A stretch of 64,000 nucleotides of DNA from Mobula hypostoma (GCF_963921235.1 NC_086097.1:134294001-134358000); one strand, 5' to 3'. Shown: positions 1-12,754, numbered from the stretch's first letter. Numbers and translations: made by a program. The notes: a model not told the origin generated them from the letters alone.

Positions 1-124
1 GGCAGAGGAAGGCATCTGAAAGCCAGTAGCCTGCTAAAATTCTTCTCTAAGTTTTATATCAGCTTCCTAAAGATGAGGAAATTAGAGACAAGATTTCACA
101 TTAGTTTCAGAAAGTCCCAACAAG

Positions 125-285
125 ATTTATATACAATGCAGCACTTTTGATGTGTTTCTATTGTGGTGATATAGGAAATGGAGCAATCATTTTGTGCATA
201 GCAAATTCCATAATGCGATAACAAGCAGATAATCTGTTCATATCAATGTTGAATAAGGGATAAATATTGCACAAGTAAGTCTATA
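125..285 (-). mobile_element. Degenerate Deu-domain SINE (SacSINE1-like) fragment
   Basis: 'ataggaaatggagcaatcattttgtgcatagcaaattcc...gataatctgtt...gggataaatattg' resembles the recalled Deu-SINE core. Related copies at 9.1, 31.0, 36.6, 43.7, 53.4 and 60.6 kb. Confidence 0.5.
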
Positions 286-1052
286 ATTCTGGGACCCCAA
301 TGACAGAAGTGATCGGGTCTTATAGCCAAAGGTATACCAAGCAATGCCTTCCACGTTCATTTTTGTTTTGTTATTGTTTTGAGTCAAACTATTTGCAAGA
401 GCTCATGGCACTCACTGAGTGGTTTGAGCATAGGAGGAAAGCACCCATGTGCAGCATACAAACGCCAAGTCAACACATCTTCTTCTGTGAAGCTCAAAAT
501 AAAAATGTTTCCACTGTTTTTTTTTCACAACTTTACATCTAAGAACATTTCTACAACCAACCTAATAGCATTAAGATGTGCTTACTGCTGCAACACCTCA
601 AATGAGGCAGCAACTGTGCACATATCAAGATCCTAGAAAGGAAAGTGATCATAGTCAGACTATTTCAAACAACCTCATGACCACAGTAGGTGGTTATTTA
701 GTCCATCATATCTCTGAATCCAATTCTTCTTTGAAAGTACCCGCTGAAACTACTTCCATCACCCTTTCAAGTAGCATGTCCCAAATCACAGCAAACGTCC
801 CAGAAAATATGTTTGTTTTCAAATTTCCTTTGACTCTTCTGCCACTCACCTCATATTTGCGGCTCCCTATTTCCTCTCTTAAAACCTTTTAGTGAATTTG
901 ATCACTAATAAAATCAGTCAAGTGGCAAGGAAATAACCCAGCTTCTCCAGTTCCTCAATGATATTGAAGTTCCACAGACCTGGGACAATATATTACTCAT
1001 CTTCTGAGCTATTCACAGACAGAGCATCAATATGCTTGGACCATTTTAGGTC

Positions 1053-1648
1053 CTGATCAAAGCAACAGGTGAGGATGAAGGAACGATGACAGTAAAACTT
1101 TGAGGATGTTACTGCCTGACTCTTATTTGGCATAAATGTTGCCAGGCACTTGTCAATCTAAGTGTAAGTGTTCTCCGAAAGCCCATGTAGTCCTTCCTGG
1201 TGCGATGAGGGCAGAACTGGACAGAATGTTCCTGGTATAGAGATAAATAGTGGACATGACAATACTGGTGTGAACTCCTTATCTCTTCTGTAAATCTAGA
1301 ACCTTAAACTTCAGAGGACCTTGATTTAGTACCTCATTTTCAAATTGGACTTCTCACAGAGGGACATTCTTCCTTAGAGTATCAGCCTGGATCATGCAAT
1401 CAAGTCTCTTGTGGAACTTCATCTCAGATTTTATCTGCTTAAAAATGCTACTGAAGCTTGACTGACATAAGTGCCCCCGAGAGATCCCAAGGTCGTAAAG
1501 ATGCTATATAAATGGATGTTTTACATTTTTTTGCATTCATAGATGTGTTTTGAGGGATTAGGAGGCGGACAGATATCAGCGTACCCATCTCTGACCTACT
1601 CACAGGATATGGCTAAACAAGGTCGGCTGCTGATCAAAGCAACAGGTG
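1053..1648. repeat. Exact 19-bp direct repeat CTGATCAAAGCAACAGGTG (1053-1071 and 1630-1648)
   Basis: Identical 19-mer read at both positions. Confidence 0.9.
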
Positions 1649-1920
1649 CTGATAATAATGTCCAAAACAACAATGCTTTAACCTCAATTTGGGTGATTTC
1701 TCTCCCTAGCTAGCTCTTAGTCAAAATGAATGTGGCCTGTCGCTAACAAGCACAGAACTGGATTTTACACAAATCCCGTACTTCTTTCCATCAGAGTACA
1801 ACCGGCTACGTGGTACTTTGTAGGGCTGTGTAGCTCAGTTCACTAGGACTATTTTTAACAGCCCAACAATCTCCATCATTTGGAAGATGAATGGCTAAAA
1901 CTGCACTGGAGCACCATTAC

Positions 1921-1967
1921 CTGCATGTTCCCCTCCGTTATGTTTGTGGTACTGGGAAGCTGGGTGG
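1921..1967 (-). CDS. Candidate 47-nt internal exon (TQLPSTTNITEGNMQ), gene unknown
   Basis: Minus strand ttatttacag|...CAG|gtaatg, open frame, phase-compatible with 4791-4867. No homology recognised. Confidence 0.15.
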
Positions 1968-2149
1968 CTGTAAATAACACAGTTGAGAGACAGAATTGAG
2001 GAACAAACATACAGCTGTTTACCTTGCTTGTGAGTCAAGAACGCCCTCTCACATTACCTTCAGTATATAACACACAGGGTAGCTTGTCAGCAACCCGTTA
2101 GGGTCAAAATATAAACGAATACATAACACTGTCTGGTGTATGACCATCC

Positions 2150-2325
2150 TGTCTTAGAAATATATTACCAGTCCCTCATAGTCACTGGGTTTAAATCCTG
2201 GGACTCCCTGGGCAACAGCACTGTGAAAGCACCATCGTTAGATTCAAAGCAGCATCTCACCGCCAAGTTCTGTACGGATACACAATGAAAATACTGGCCA
2301 TATTCCATTAGGAAATGAAGGGTTC
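2150..2325 (+). mobile_element. Old LINE 3'-end fragment (clade unassigned)
   Basis: 'gtcactgggtttaaatcctgggactccctg...cagcactgtg' motif, also present at about 36390-36555. Confidence 0.4.
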
Positions 2326-3579
2326 TGATTGTACCTGAATATAGGAAATGTCCTACAAATCAAAAAAAATGCCTCAGTACAGTGCCTGTGTTTTTTTTTT
2401 GCTATGAAAAATTCTCTAATATTCAGAAATTTAGAATTAATTGTTTTAACTTCTATTTTCTTATCCAGTACTTAAATAAGTAATTATCACTGCTAAACCT
2501 GTTGACAAAATGTTCACTGATGTCACTTTCACAAACCAACTATATTGAAGTGTGCTTATTTTGCTCTATAGACAATAGTTGATGTGTTGAGGAAGACAAC
2601 AGTTTTGTACTTAGAAACTAACCACAATTTGTCATGAATTCTACTTCAAGAATTAAGGCTTGTAAAGGCTGGAGAGAGAGGTGGTTGATATCAGACCCCG
2701 CTACCTTATCAGGACCATTGTTGTAGGAGCCTATTCAGTGAAATAACTTTGGTAGAAAGACTTGTGTTTCTATCACATCGAGTGAATGTGCAAATATGAT
2801 ATTTTCTTATGTTGGTTCAGAGGGCATCCACAGTCTGACTGTGGATTCACTTTCTTTGTGGGAGGTTTTCTGTCTCAAGTGTGATGGATTTCCATATTTT
2901 CAAGTGCTGTCTTGGAGGGAGAATCATGAAACTTGTGCAACAAATAGTAAAACTGCAGTATATTCACAGGCAGCATACACTAGTGGATGTACACTTGATA
3001 GATGAAATGTCTGATGGCAGAACATGCAGGCTCTGAAGCCCTTGGGGGGTATGAATCGAAGTGCAGGAGAGTTCAAACAAAGGGCACCGAGCACGTTGTG
3101 GATTGCAACAAAGGTAGGTCCAAATTAAGCAAGCAGACTGTGTCATTAGTAGTTGCAATGGATTCACGGGGGAGTGGAATTAACCATCAAGTCAGAACTA
3201 AACGTTAAACCTTTTGCTAACACAAGAAACAATAAATCCGTGATAGTTGGCAAGTGAAGAAAAGAACAGCAGGGAGTAACCTGAAGAATGGGGTTAGAAA
3301 CACCACAGGAACTGTCATGTGACATAACAGTGCTATCAAAAAAGTCTTAAAGTGACCTCTCTGATTTCCAGACTTTTCCTCTATCTTTTCTATCTTTGTG
3401 CTTAGCACATGTATACCAATCCCAAGCATTCCAAGTTAACTATCAATACACTTTGACTCCTGGCAAAACAGTGCCTTGATTTTAACATCTTCATCCTTAT
3501 TTTCAAATCCTTCTGTGGGTTTCATTTCTCCCTCCACATACAACCTGCTCCGGTCTACGATATGCTGAGTTATCCAGTC

Positions 3580-3722
3580 ACAAACAAGAGAACATCTGGA
3601 GATGCTGGAAATCCAAGCAACACACACAAGATGCTGGAGGAACTCAGCAGGCCAGGCAGCATCTATGGAAAAGAGAACAGTCGGTAGGAGGGCCCTGCTG
3701 AAGGGTCTCGGCCTGAAACGTG
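3580..3722. mobile_element. Penelope pLTR fragments in inverted arrangement with a variant hammerhead core
   Basis: Minus-oriented 'gatgctggaaatccaagcaacacacac...gcagcatctatggaa' followed by plus-oriented 'ctgctgaagggtctcggcctgaaacg'. Confidence 0.75.
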
Positions 3723-3764
3723 TGTGATTTGTGATGCTGAGTTAGGTTTGATTTTTAAAATTTG

Positions 3765-3997
3765 GGGAACAACATAGCTGCAAGCCCTTCCAGCATACGA
3801 GCCTGTACAATCACACCCATATGACCAATTAACCTACTAACCCATAGGTCTTTGGAATTTGGGAGGAAACTGGAGCACTTGGAGGAATCCCACGTGGTCA
3901 CAGGGAGAAAGTATAAACTCATTGCAGACGGGGGTGAGAATTGAACCCAGGTTGCTGGAATAGCATTAATCTCACTGCTGCACTACTGTGGCACCCC
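3765..3997 (-). mobile_element. tRNA-derived V-SINE (HE1-like)
   Basis: V-domain-like 'ggaggaaactggagcacttggaggaatcccacgtggtcacagggagaa'; B-box-like gggttcaattc on the minus strand. Confidence 0.75.
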
Positions 3998-4019
3998 AAT
4001 TGCACTGTTTTAGTTCTCG

Positions 4020-4270
4020 TCTCTTTATCTCCTTGTATTTAATCACTCAGTCACAATGCATTCAACTGCGGAGCCCCCAAGATCTGAAATTCTGCCCTTG
4101 AACCCCAATACCTCATTTTCTCCTTCAACATACTCCTTAAAATTTATCTCTTTGACCAAACTTTTGATCAGCTGAGCTATTGCTTCCTATCAGGCTGGGT
4201 GTCAAACTTTGTTAAAGGATACCCCCCTGAGGCACTCTGATGTTTAAAAGCACAGTATAAATACAAGTTA
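4020..4270 (+). mobile_element. Old L2-like LINE 3' fragment
   Basis: 'ctccttaaaatttatctctttgaccaaacttttg' motif, with related pieces at about 33.0-33.3, 45.5-45.7 and 57.3-57.9 kb. Confidence 0.4.
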
Positions 4271-4790
4271 TTATTTTAATTACATCATTTGATAATTAAA
4301 GAATGGAAAGACAGAGGCAAAACAAAGACGGTTCGTTAGTGGAACTAAGAAAGGGTAGAAACTGAAGGAGTGATAAGAGTAAAATGGAAGAATGCATGCG
4401 AGATAATCCACTCACCCTGGTTGATCCATTAACTTGGAATTCCAAAATACTTTTGGGATTCTGACTACAGAATGAAATATTACATTCTGGAAGAATTCTA
4501 ACACTTGCTGTGCTCTTTCAAGCAATGTGATAAAGGTGAGATAGAGATGAGAAACACACTGACGCAGTTATTGATCAGGTCCTCAGTCTGTTCCTAGGCG
4601 AGTATTGAACAAACGCGAGTATCATGCAAGTAAAGCTGTGTCAGGGGAGCTGTGACAATGCACTTACAACCAATTACAGAAATTAGTTGTGTAACTTATG
4701 ATCACCAAATGATAACCTTTTAACCTGTAAAGATTTTCTCATAAGTTCAGGCCCCAACAACTGAAGCTTGTTTTCCTGTATGGTACTTAC

Positions 4791-4867
4791 TCGATATATC
4801 ATCTTGCAATGACACTGTCAAATTGAAAAAACTTCTTCCCATTTTAAATGTAAGTGCATCAATCACC
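4791..4867 (-). CDS. Candidate 77-nt internal exon (VIDALTFKMGRSFFNLTVSLQDDIS), gene unknown
   Basis: Minus strand aatagtttag|...GA|gtaagt (consensus donor), open frame. No firm homology. Confidence 0.2.
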
Positions 4868-6623
4868 CTAAACTATTAAACTTTAATACTACAATAACAT
4901 AGATTGAATATACTACATATGGAAATCAGGCGAAAGGATAGAATCAGGAAGTTTAAAACTGATGTAATAGAATCACAGAAAAATGCTAAAAGGTGTCGTT
5001 ACACACTTTAAAAAGGTATTTAAAATTACTAGAAAATTCATTTTATTTAAAACCTTAAAGGCCAGCAATTCTGCAACACTGACATTAAAAGCACTAACAT
5101 GGTCTAGCATGTGTACATTAGAAAATCATTGTATACAATTATTTTTATGAAAATTAATGTGGATGATCATCATTCTCATCACACTCTCCACAGCAAGGTG
5201 TCTGTGTAACAATAAGGATCTGCTCCAGCTCTAAGTTCTTTATCACATGTACATCAGTAGGAGTGATGAGAGATGTCCCATGATTCCAGCAGTCCTCGTT
5301 TGATGGCTCCACATGCTAATTACTGCACTAATTATGGTTCCTGAATATCCAAATGAAGTAAGCAGTCTATGGGAGGTACAGGCACAAATCTCAGGAATGA
5401 GAAAATACTGGGTGCAGAACTCGTCAACATGCACTGACACATTGCAAAAGATTTTTATAAAGTAGACATGAAAGAATGATCACCAATAATAATGAGCAGA
5501 GTCTGAGGAAAAAATATATTCTTTTATACCAATAACGTTATAAAGGTTACAAAGAGGGCTCAAGGTAAGCAGCCTTAATTTATGGCTTCTTCCATTTGTT
5601 ATTACGAAACCATAATTGTTCCTAATAATTAGCATCAGAATACATCACAATCTGACAACAAAATTATAGAAATCTTCATATTCAAATACTCTAAGCTTGC
5701 TATTACAAACAGTTTTTGATTAAAACCCATTAGTTGAAGTGTTGACGAGTTCTTGATTGCCAGAGAGTAACCCAGCAGTGTAAATGTGAATTAAGCCCAA
5801 GTGTAAGTGCTCCTGTTAACTTAGTGATATTTTTGAAAAATGTTTGCCTGACAACTGCTGATGTTTCACTCAATACAAAAAAAGGTGATGCCTTAACATT
5901 TGGAATAATGTGTCTTTGTGAAGATGTTACATCAATACCACCATTTTTGTTTAAGATTTAAGCACTGTAATTATTGTTAGTTTTTTTCCCTTTCTTCCCT
6001 CCCTCTGTTTTGTTAAGGATCTCTCACCATTCCTGCTCTTCCTCCTTCAGCTGACAGAACTGAATGGTCTGGGCCATCATCATCTCCACAGCCTTTCAAA
6101 GATCAGCACACTGCTTGCGTACATTTCACAAGGGTGTGCTGTTCTGCCCTTTTGTTCCACCCCCTCTCGCATACCTATTCCCTCCCCAAAAAAAAAGATG
6201 CTCATAGGCGCCCTTCATTCCCCAGCGACCTGCAGCGGACCCAGAACTGAGCAAAACTCTGCCAGGATTAGAACCAGACAACAAGCATCTTGTGATGGCC
6301 TTTTAATGTGCCAGTTATTGATGCCAGATTACACAGATTGTGTTTTAAATTTATTACAATATGTATAATGCCTGATAGCAGTAAATATTTTGCTGTGAAC
6401 AAGCATTCGATAAGAATATTTGGGATACTTTAAAGCAAATAGTCTACAAGGTACTTCCAGCTATATAACTCTGGTTGGGAGCATTCCTAGATGTTTCATC
6501 ACATGACCTTCCATATTAAAGCACCTATCCCCACATTCCTGCCATTGGTCCTTCTTCCAAGTGTGCAGGACTCCTACATGATTGAAAAGTAAACAGATTA
6601 CACTGTCTGACTGGATTATGTTA

Positions 6624-6914
6624 CAAAAACTCTTCTTGGGCTTCCAGCCAGGTCCAGATATTGACTATAACCGACGTTTCAATGGCAAACTCTGCCATCT
6701 TCTTCAGGGATGGTGCTTGGGCATGTCCAGTCCGGCGGTATTTATACCCTCATAGTCCATCCCTCCTGATTGGTTAGTCCTCATCCATCCTCCCACTTCG
6801 TTTGCAATCAAATCCCAGTTCTCACTTAGAGTGAGACCTTTGTCCTCGTTAAAATTCTTTTCCTCGAGTTTTATTTCAATGGCTTCCTTTACCAGGCGGT
6901 CCCAAGAACCATTA
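6624..6914 (-). mobile_element. Penelope-like element 3' fragment (second family) with 10-bp TSD
   Basis: Minus strand encodes WDRLVKEAIEIKLEEKNFNEDKGLTLSENW (GIY-YIG C-terminal motif). GATTATGTTA is duplicated at 6614-6623 and 6915-6924. Confidence 0.85.
6669..6711 (-). ncRNA. Minimal hammerhead ribozyme motif (Penelope family 2)
   Basis: ATCC-CTGAAGA-A-GATGGCA-GAGTT-TGCCATT-GAAACGTC-GGTT: intact core and 7-bp stem II, weak stem I. Confidence 0.65.
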
Positions 6915-7244
6915 GATTATGTTAGCAATGCATTTTGTGGCTTCTTCACTCGTCACCAAGTTTAAACTAGGATGTTTAACCATTGGAGCAATGATACTTG
7001 TTGTCTTTTTAAACCTCGCATGGATGACCACAGACAGGTGATCATCATCTTCAACCCCCCCCCCCCCCACCGCATTGGGATTAATCTTCGTTCTTGGTGA
7101 AATTGCCTTGTTTTCCCCTTTGCCAGTAATTTCATAGTAAATAAACAAGTGTACTTGATGATAATAAAAATCAATAATGCCCTAAAGACAATTCCAAGGA
7201 GTAGAAATCTAACCTTGATGTCACTGAAACTAAATAGCAAAAGT

Positions 7245-7755
7245 CATAAATATGAGCAAGTCTGCAGATGCTGGAAATCCAAAGCAACACACACAAAATG
7301 CTGGAGGAACTCAACAGGTCAGGCAGCATCTATGGAAATAAATAAACAGTCAAGCTTTCAGGACAAGACCCTTCTTCAGGACTGAAATGGAAAGTCACCA
7401 GAATAAAAAGATGGGGGTGGGGGTGGGAAGGGAAGGTGATAGGTGAAGCCAGGTGGGTAGGAAAGGTAAAGGGCTGGGAAGTAGGAATCTAATAGGAGAG
7501 GAGAGTGGACCATAGGAGAAAGGGAAGGAGGAGGGGGACACATGGGGAAATGATAGGTAGGTGAGAAGAGGAAAAAGGCCAGAGTGGGGAATAGAAGGAG
7601 GTGGAGGGAAAAAAATTACTGGAAGGAGAAATCGATATTCATACCGTCAGGTTGGAGGCAACCTACTTTGTAGATGGAATATGAGATGCTGCTCCTCCAC
7701 CCTGAAGGTGGCCTCATCTTGGCACAAGGGGAGGCCATAGACCGACATGGTGGAA
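7245..7755 (-). mobile_element. Penelope-like element 3' end plus pLTR
   Basis: Reverse-complement similarity to 27450-28180, including the purine-rich pLTR and the end of the GIY-YIG region. Confidence 0.8.
7347..7384 (-). ncRNA. Minimal hammerhead ribozyme motif with AGCT stem III palindrome
   Basis: CAGTC-CTGAAGA-AGGGTCTTGTCCT-GAAAGCTT-GACTG; 5-bp stem I is perfect. Confidence 0.6.
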
Positions 7756-8094
7756 AATCAGAAGTGGCTACATTACGCACTTAGCACATGGGACCAAGGA
7801 CTCTCGCTCAAGTCGCCAAGAAATGTACCACACCAAATGCAACTGACTTAACAATTACCAGAATATACTTACACAATTTAATAGTCGGTAGACACTACCT
7901 ACTCTTCTTATTGCCTCTACAAAAATGCTGAATAAACTACTTGCTGAGTGAGGTGGTGGTAGAATTGGTTGAAACAGGGCCGCGACGTGAATGCTTCTAA
8001 TCTTGCCAAATTCAACAACAAGGTGCAAAAATGTGTCCAGTTCTGGCTGGGCCATGTATAGGCTGTCCGTGGACACGATAAGAAGAAGATTGCC

Positions 8095-8470
8095 TCTACA
8101 AAGCAGCCAAAATTATCTAAGACCCCACTATCCTGATCATTTTCTCTTCTTCCCCCATTCTATCATACAGAAGATACAAAAACCTGAAAACACATACCAC
8201 CAGGCTCAAGGACACCATTTATCCTGCTGTTATAAAACAATTGAATGATCCCCTTGAATGATAAGATGGACTCCTTATCTCCATCTACCTTGTCATGTCT
8301 GCCTGCACTTAACTTTATATGTAACTGCAACACTACATTTTGCATTCTGTTATTGCTTCTCCTTTGTACTTCCTTGACGTACCAGTGTGAGGAAATAATC
8401 TTTATGGATGGCCTTCCAAAACAAAGCCTCTTCACTGTACCTCAGTATATGTACATTAAACAAATTTACC
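8095..8470 (+). mobile_element. Rex1/Babar-type LINE 3' fragment
   Basis: Degenerate IxDPxHP...RRYKxLKxHTTRLKD C-terminal motif followed by a 3' UTR. Confidence 0.6.
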
Positions 8471-9119
8471 AATGTGACTAAGTTGTTTGAACACCTTCAA
8501 TCATGGCCTTGTTATGATTTCAATGAAGTTAACTTCATTGAAATCATTGACCACATGTTTTTACGCGACTAATTATGTCTTTACGGAAGGAATTACCACA
8601 TTGCAATTTACTTGTGACCATCTTTTACCTTATAAAATCTATTTGTCCCTTAATATTATTTCTTTTGATGCACTGAATAACCATTACATTGTCCTAGCAT
8701 ACACAGAGGCAGCTTATGTAACAGGTTTTCTAAGCATATTAATTTATGAGTCTGGTATATTTTATATTGAGCAAATTGCATTTTGGTTAGGAACTGCCCT
8801 GCAGTTCCCAGATACAGTGGCCTTGTATGTCAAAGGTGTGTACGTACGAAAAGAAATGCCTTGTTTCACGTTAGTCCCGTTTCTAGCACATTACTGAGGA
8901 ATTAGGTTCAGATATTACCTTGAATATGAAATATCAGGAAGCACTTGGTCACATAGCCAATACAGACACAGGTAGACTCACGAACCTGCAGGCTCCTCTA
9001 AGCACATCCTTGGGTGTGTTGGTTGTTAACACAAATGACACATTTCACTGTATGTTTCAATGTGCATGTGATAAGTAGGAATCTGAACCTGAATCTGAAT
9101 CTGAACAGCAACATGCACG

Positions 9120-9320
9120 CGTGCTTATTCTGTTTTTGGTGATGTCGATTGAGAGGTAAAATGTTGCCCAAATTACAGGGAGAACCTTGCAACAGAATTG
9201 CCTTCCAATGAGCAGCCGGAAAGCTCATTTACATTCACCCAACAGGCAGTTAAGCCCCTGGTTTATAATACAGCTTCAAAAACAGCTTCTTATTTTTTAC
9301 TGCACAAACATGACAGCCTA
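9120..9320 (-). mobile_element. Deu-SINE (SacSINE1-like), left part, interrupted by CR1; continues at 11711-11785
   Basis: Left part ends '...tgacagccta' and the sequence resumes 'gattatgtgcttgagtcc...gggattcaaaccc' after the CR1. Confidence 0.55.
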
Positions 9321-11710
9321 AATCACTTTTAGTATCATAAAGGATTTGGCAAGTATGTATCGGGACAGGCTGTTTTCTGGCAAAGGTGTACTTGGTAAGT
9401 GGGAGGCCTTCAAAAGTGAAATTTTGAGAGTGCAAAGCTTGTATGTGCCTGTCAGAATAAAAGGTAAAGGTAACAGGTTTAGGGAACCTTGGTTTTCAAA
9501 AGATACTGTGCCTTTTTTTTAGAAAAAGAGGAGGTATATAGCAGGTATAGGCATGTAGGAACAAATAAGGTGCTTATGGAGTAAAGAAGTGCAAGAAAAC
9601 ACATGAAATAAATCAGGAGGGCTAAAAGAAGGTATAAGGTTGTCCTAGCAGACAAAGTAAAGAAGAATCCTAAGGGATACTACAGATATTTTAAGAGCAA
9701 AAGGGGCAAAATTGATCCTCCCTAAAATCAGAACGGTAATCCATACAGGAGCCAAAACAAATGGAGGAGATCTTAAATGAGATTTTGCATCTGTATTTAC
9801 ACAGGAGTCGGACACAGAATCTATAGAAGTGTGACAAAGTAATATCAACTTGATAGACACTATACAGATTACAGAGGAGGAGGGATTTGCTGTCTTGAGG
9901 CAAACTTGGGTGCATAACTCCCCAGGGCCTGACAAGGTGTTCCCTTGGACCCCATGGGAGGCAAGTGCACAAATTACTAGGGCCCTAGCTGAGATATTTA
10001 AATCATTCTTAACGTCAGGTGAGGTACCATAGAATTGGAGGATAGCCAATATTATTCAGCTGTTTAAGAAAGGGTCTAAAAATAATCCAGTAAGTTATAG
10101 GCCAGTGAGCCTGACATCAGTAGTGGGAAATTATTGGAAAATATTCTAAGTTAGTGGATACATGAGTATTTGGATAGACATGGGCTGATTAGGGATAGTT
10201 AACATGGCTTTGTTAACTCCACCGAGATGCAACACAGAGCGTCATAGGAAGTCATTCCTGCCTGTGGCCATCAAACGTCACAACTCCTCCCTTGGAGGGT
10301 CAGACACCCTGAGACAATAGGCTGGTCCTGGACTTATTTCCTGGCATAAGTTACATATTACTATTTAACTATTTATGGTTTTACTACTATTTATTATTTA
10401 TGGTGCAACTGTAACGAAAACCAATTTCCCCTGGGATCAATAAAGTATGACTATGACTATGACTATTTGTGCATGGTAGGTCATGCCTAACCAATCTTAT
10501 AGAGTTTTTCGATGAAGTTACAAGGAAAGTTGATGAAGGCAAGGCAGTAGATGCTGGCTACATGGAATTTAGCAAGGCATTTGACAAGGTCCCAAATGGG
10601 AGGTTGGTCAAGAAGGTTAGGTCACTCAGCATTCAAGATGTGGTAGTTAATTGGATTTGACATTGATTTTGTGGGAGAAGCCAGAGGGTGGTAGTAGATG
10701 ACTAATTGGAGATCTGTGACCAGGGGATTGCTGCAGGATTGGTGCTAGGTCCATTGTTGTTTGTCATCTATATCAATAATCTGGATGGATGATAATGTGG
10801 TGAACTGGATCAGCAGCAAATTTGCAATTGACACCAAGATTGGGGGTATAGTGGACAGTGATGATTGCTATCATGGCTTGCAGTGGGATCTGCACCAGCT
10901 TGGAAAAATGGGCTGAAAAATGGCAGATTGAATTTAATGCAGACAATTGTGAGGTGCTGCACTTTGGTATGACCAACCAGGGAGGCCTGACACAGTGAAC
11001 GGTAGGGCACTGAGGAGTACTGTAGAACAAAGAGATCTTCGAATACAGATCCATAATTCATGTAAAGTAGTGTCACAGGTAGACAGAGTCATAAAGAAAG
11101 CTTTAGGCACATTGGCCTTCATAAGTCAAACTATTGAGTACAAGGGACGGAAGGTTATGTTGAACTTCAATTAGATGTGGTGAGGCCTAATTTGGAGTAC
11201 TGTGTGCAGTTTTCGTCACCTACCTACAGAAAAGATGTAAAGAAAGTTGAAAGAGTGCAGAGAAAATTTACAAGGATGTTGCTGGGACTGGAGGATCTGA
11301 GTTATAAAGAAAGATTGAATAGGTTAGGACTTTATTCCTTGGAATGTAGAAGGTTGAGGGAGATTTGACAAGTATACAAAATTATGAGGGGTATAGATAA
11401 GGTAAATGCAAGCAGGCTTTAGCCACTGAGGTTGTATTGGACTACAACCAGAGGTCTTGGGTTAAGGGTGAAAGGTGAAAAGTTTAAGGGGAACAAGGGG
11501 AAACTTCTTCACAGAGGGTTGTGAGAGTGTGGAGCCAGCTGCCAGCACAAGTAGTGCACGCCAACTTGTTGTCAACATTTAAGAGAAATTTGGATAGGTA
11601 CATTAATGCTAGTGGTATGGAAGGCTATGGGAGTAGGCAGTTAAAATGGTTCAGTACGGACTAGATGTGCCAAAGGGCCTGTTTCTGTGCTGTACTTTTC
11701 TATGACTCTA
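9321..11710 (+). mobile_element. 5'-truncated CR1 LINE (RT domain, frameshifted)
   Basis: Fragments SPGPD, GRSCLTNLIEFFDEVT...FSKAFDKVP, VRPNLEYCVQF...ERVQRKFTRML; 3' tail 'tctatgactcta'. Confidence 0.95.
10214..10465 (+). mobile_element. Young Rex1/Babar LINE 3' end nested in CR1, TSD TTTGT
   Basis: Near-identical to 13040-13281; (ctatga)n tail; TTTGT at 10209-10213 and 10466-10470 splits the CR1 HGFV/HGRSC motif. Confidence 0.9.
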
Positions 11711-12169
11711 GATTATGTGCTTGAGTCCTAACATTGGGATTCAAACCCTCAACTACTTGATTTTGAGGTGGCTGCCACTGAGAAAAGTTGCCATTTTTCC
11801 AATAAATTTTCCTAAATCCTATTTAATTCCTAATAGTTTCATCTATTCCCAATTCCACTCCAAGCAACTTTTATAGAGGGTTGTACACTATTTGAACAAA
11901 GCTAATTCAGTAAAGGAAAAATAACAAAAAGAAAGAGCTGCTGGACGTGATCCTTTATCATGTGGAATAATGTGTCTTTGTGAACATGTTTTGGGCAATG
12001 CCTATGGAGGGAAATAACCACTGACTTTTCAGGTCGAGATCCATCCTCAGTCCATTTTGGGAAATGCAGCAACCAATCTCTGCATAGCAAAGATGCAACA
12101 AGAGTGGAGAATCAAATCATCTGTTTTGAGTTGCATTGTGCATTCAAATAATTAAATGGTAAATTTTTA

Positions 12170-12580
12170 AATGGCAAATGGTAAATTTGCTTATTATTGT
12201 CACATGTACTGAGGTACAGTGTAAACCTTTGTTTTGCATACCATCCAGACAGGTCATTTAATCACATCAGTACATTGGGGTACTACAATGCGGGATATAG
12301 TGTTACAGTTATAGATAAAGTGCAGTGCAGGTGGACAATGAGGTGCAGCACCCCCTATAATGAGGTACATTGTGAAGTTAAGCCTTTCATCATACTAGGG
12401 GACCATTCAAGAGTGTTATAACAGTGGGACTGGTGGTATGTGCTCTCTGCCTTTTGTATCTTCTGCCTGATGGAAAGGGAAAAGAGAGCGTGCCCAGGGT
12501 GGAAGGAGTCTTTATGTTGACTGTTTTACCCAAGCAGCAAGAGTCCATGGAGGGGAGGTCGATTTCTGTGATGTGTTAAG
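12170..12580 (-). mobile_element. Rex1/Babar-type LINE 3' fragment
   Basis: Similar to 51658-52200 and the reverse complement of 8095-8470. Confidence 0.55.
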
Positions 12581-12754
12581 GATACCTGGTGGTCAGTATC
12601 TCTAATGGTTGTTGGTGAGATGCTACCTATCGAGCCAAAAATGACTCTATGTAATCAAAGGGGAACTTTATAATGAATCTTTAAAGGAAGGGATGGAGGT
12701 GTTCTTAAAATTGAATCACAAACCAGAAATTTATCCAAGTTCTCCTTCCGTTAA

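Noticed and set aside
8487..8897. 136-aa hydrophobic ORF
   Set aside because: Non-ATG start, no recognisable domain, no convincing splice sites.
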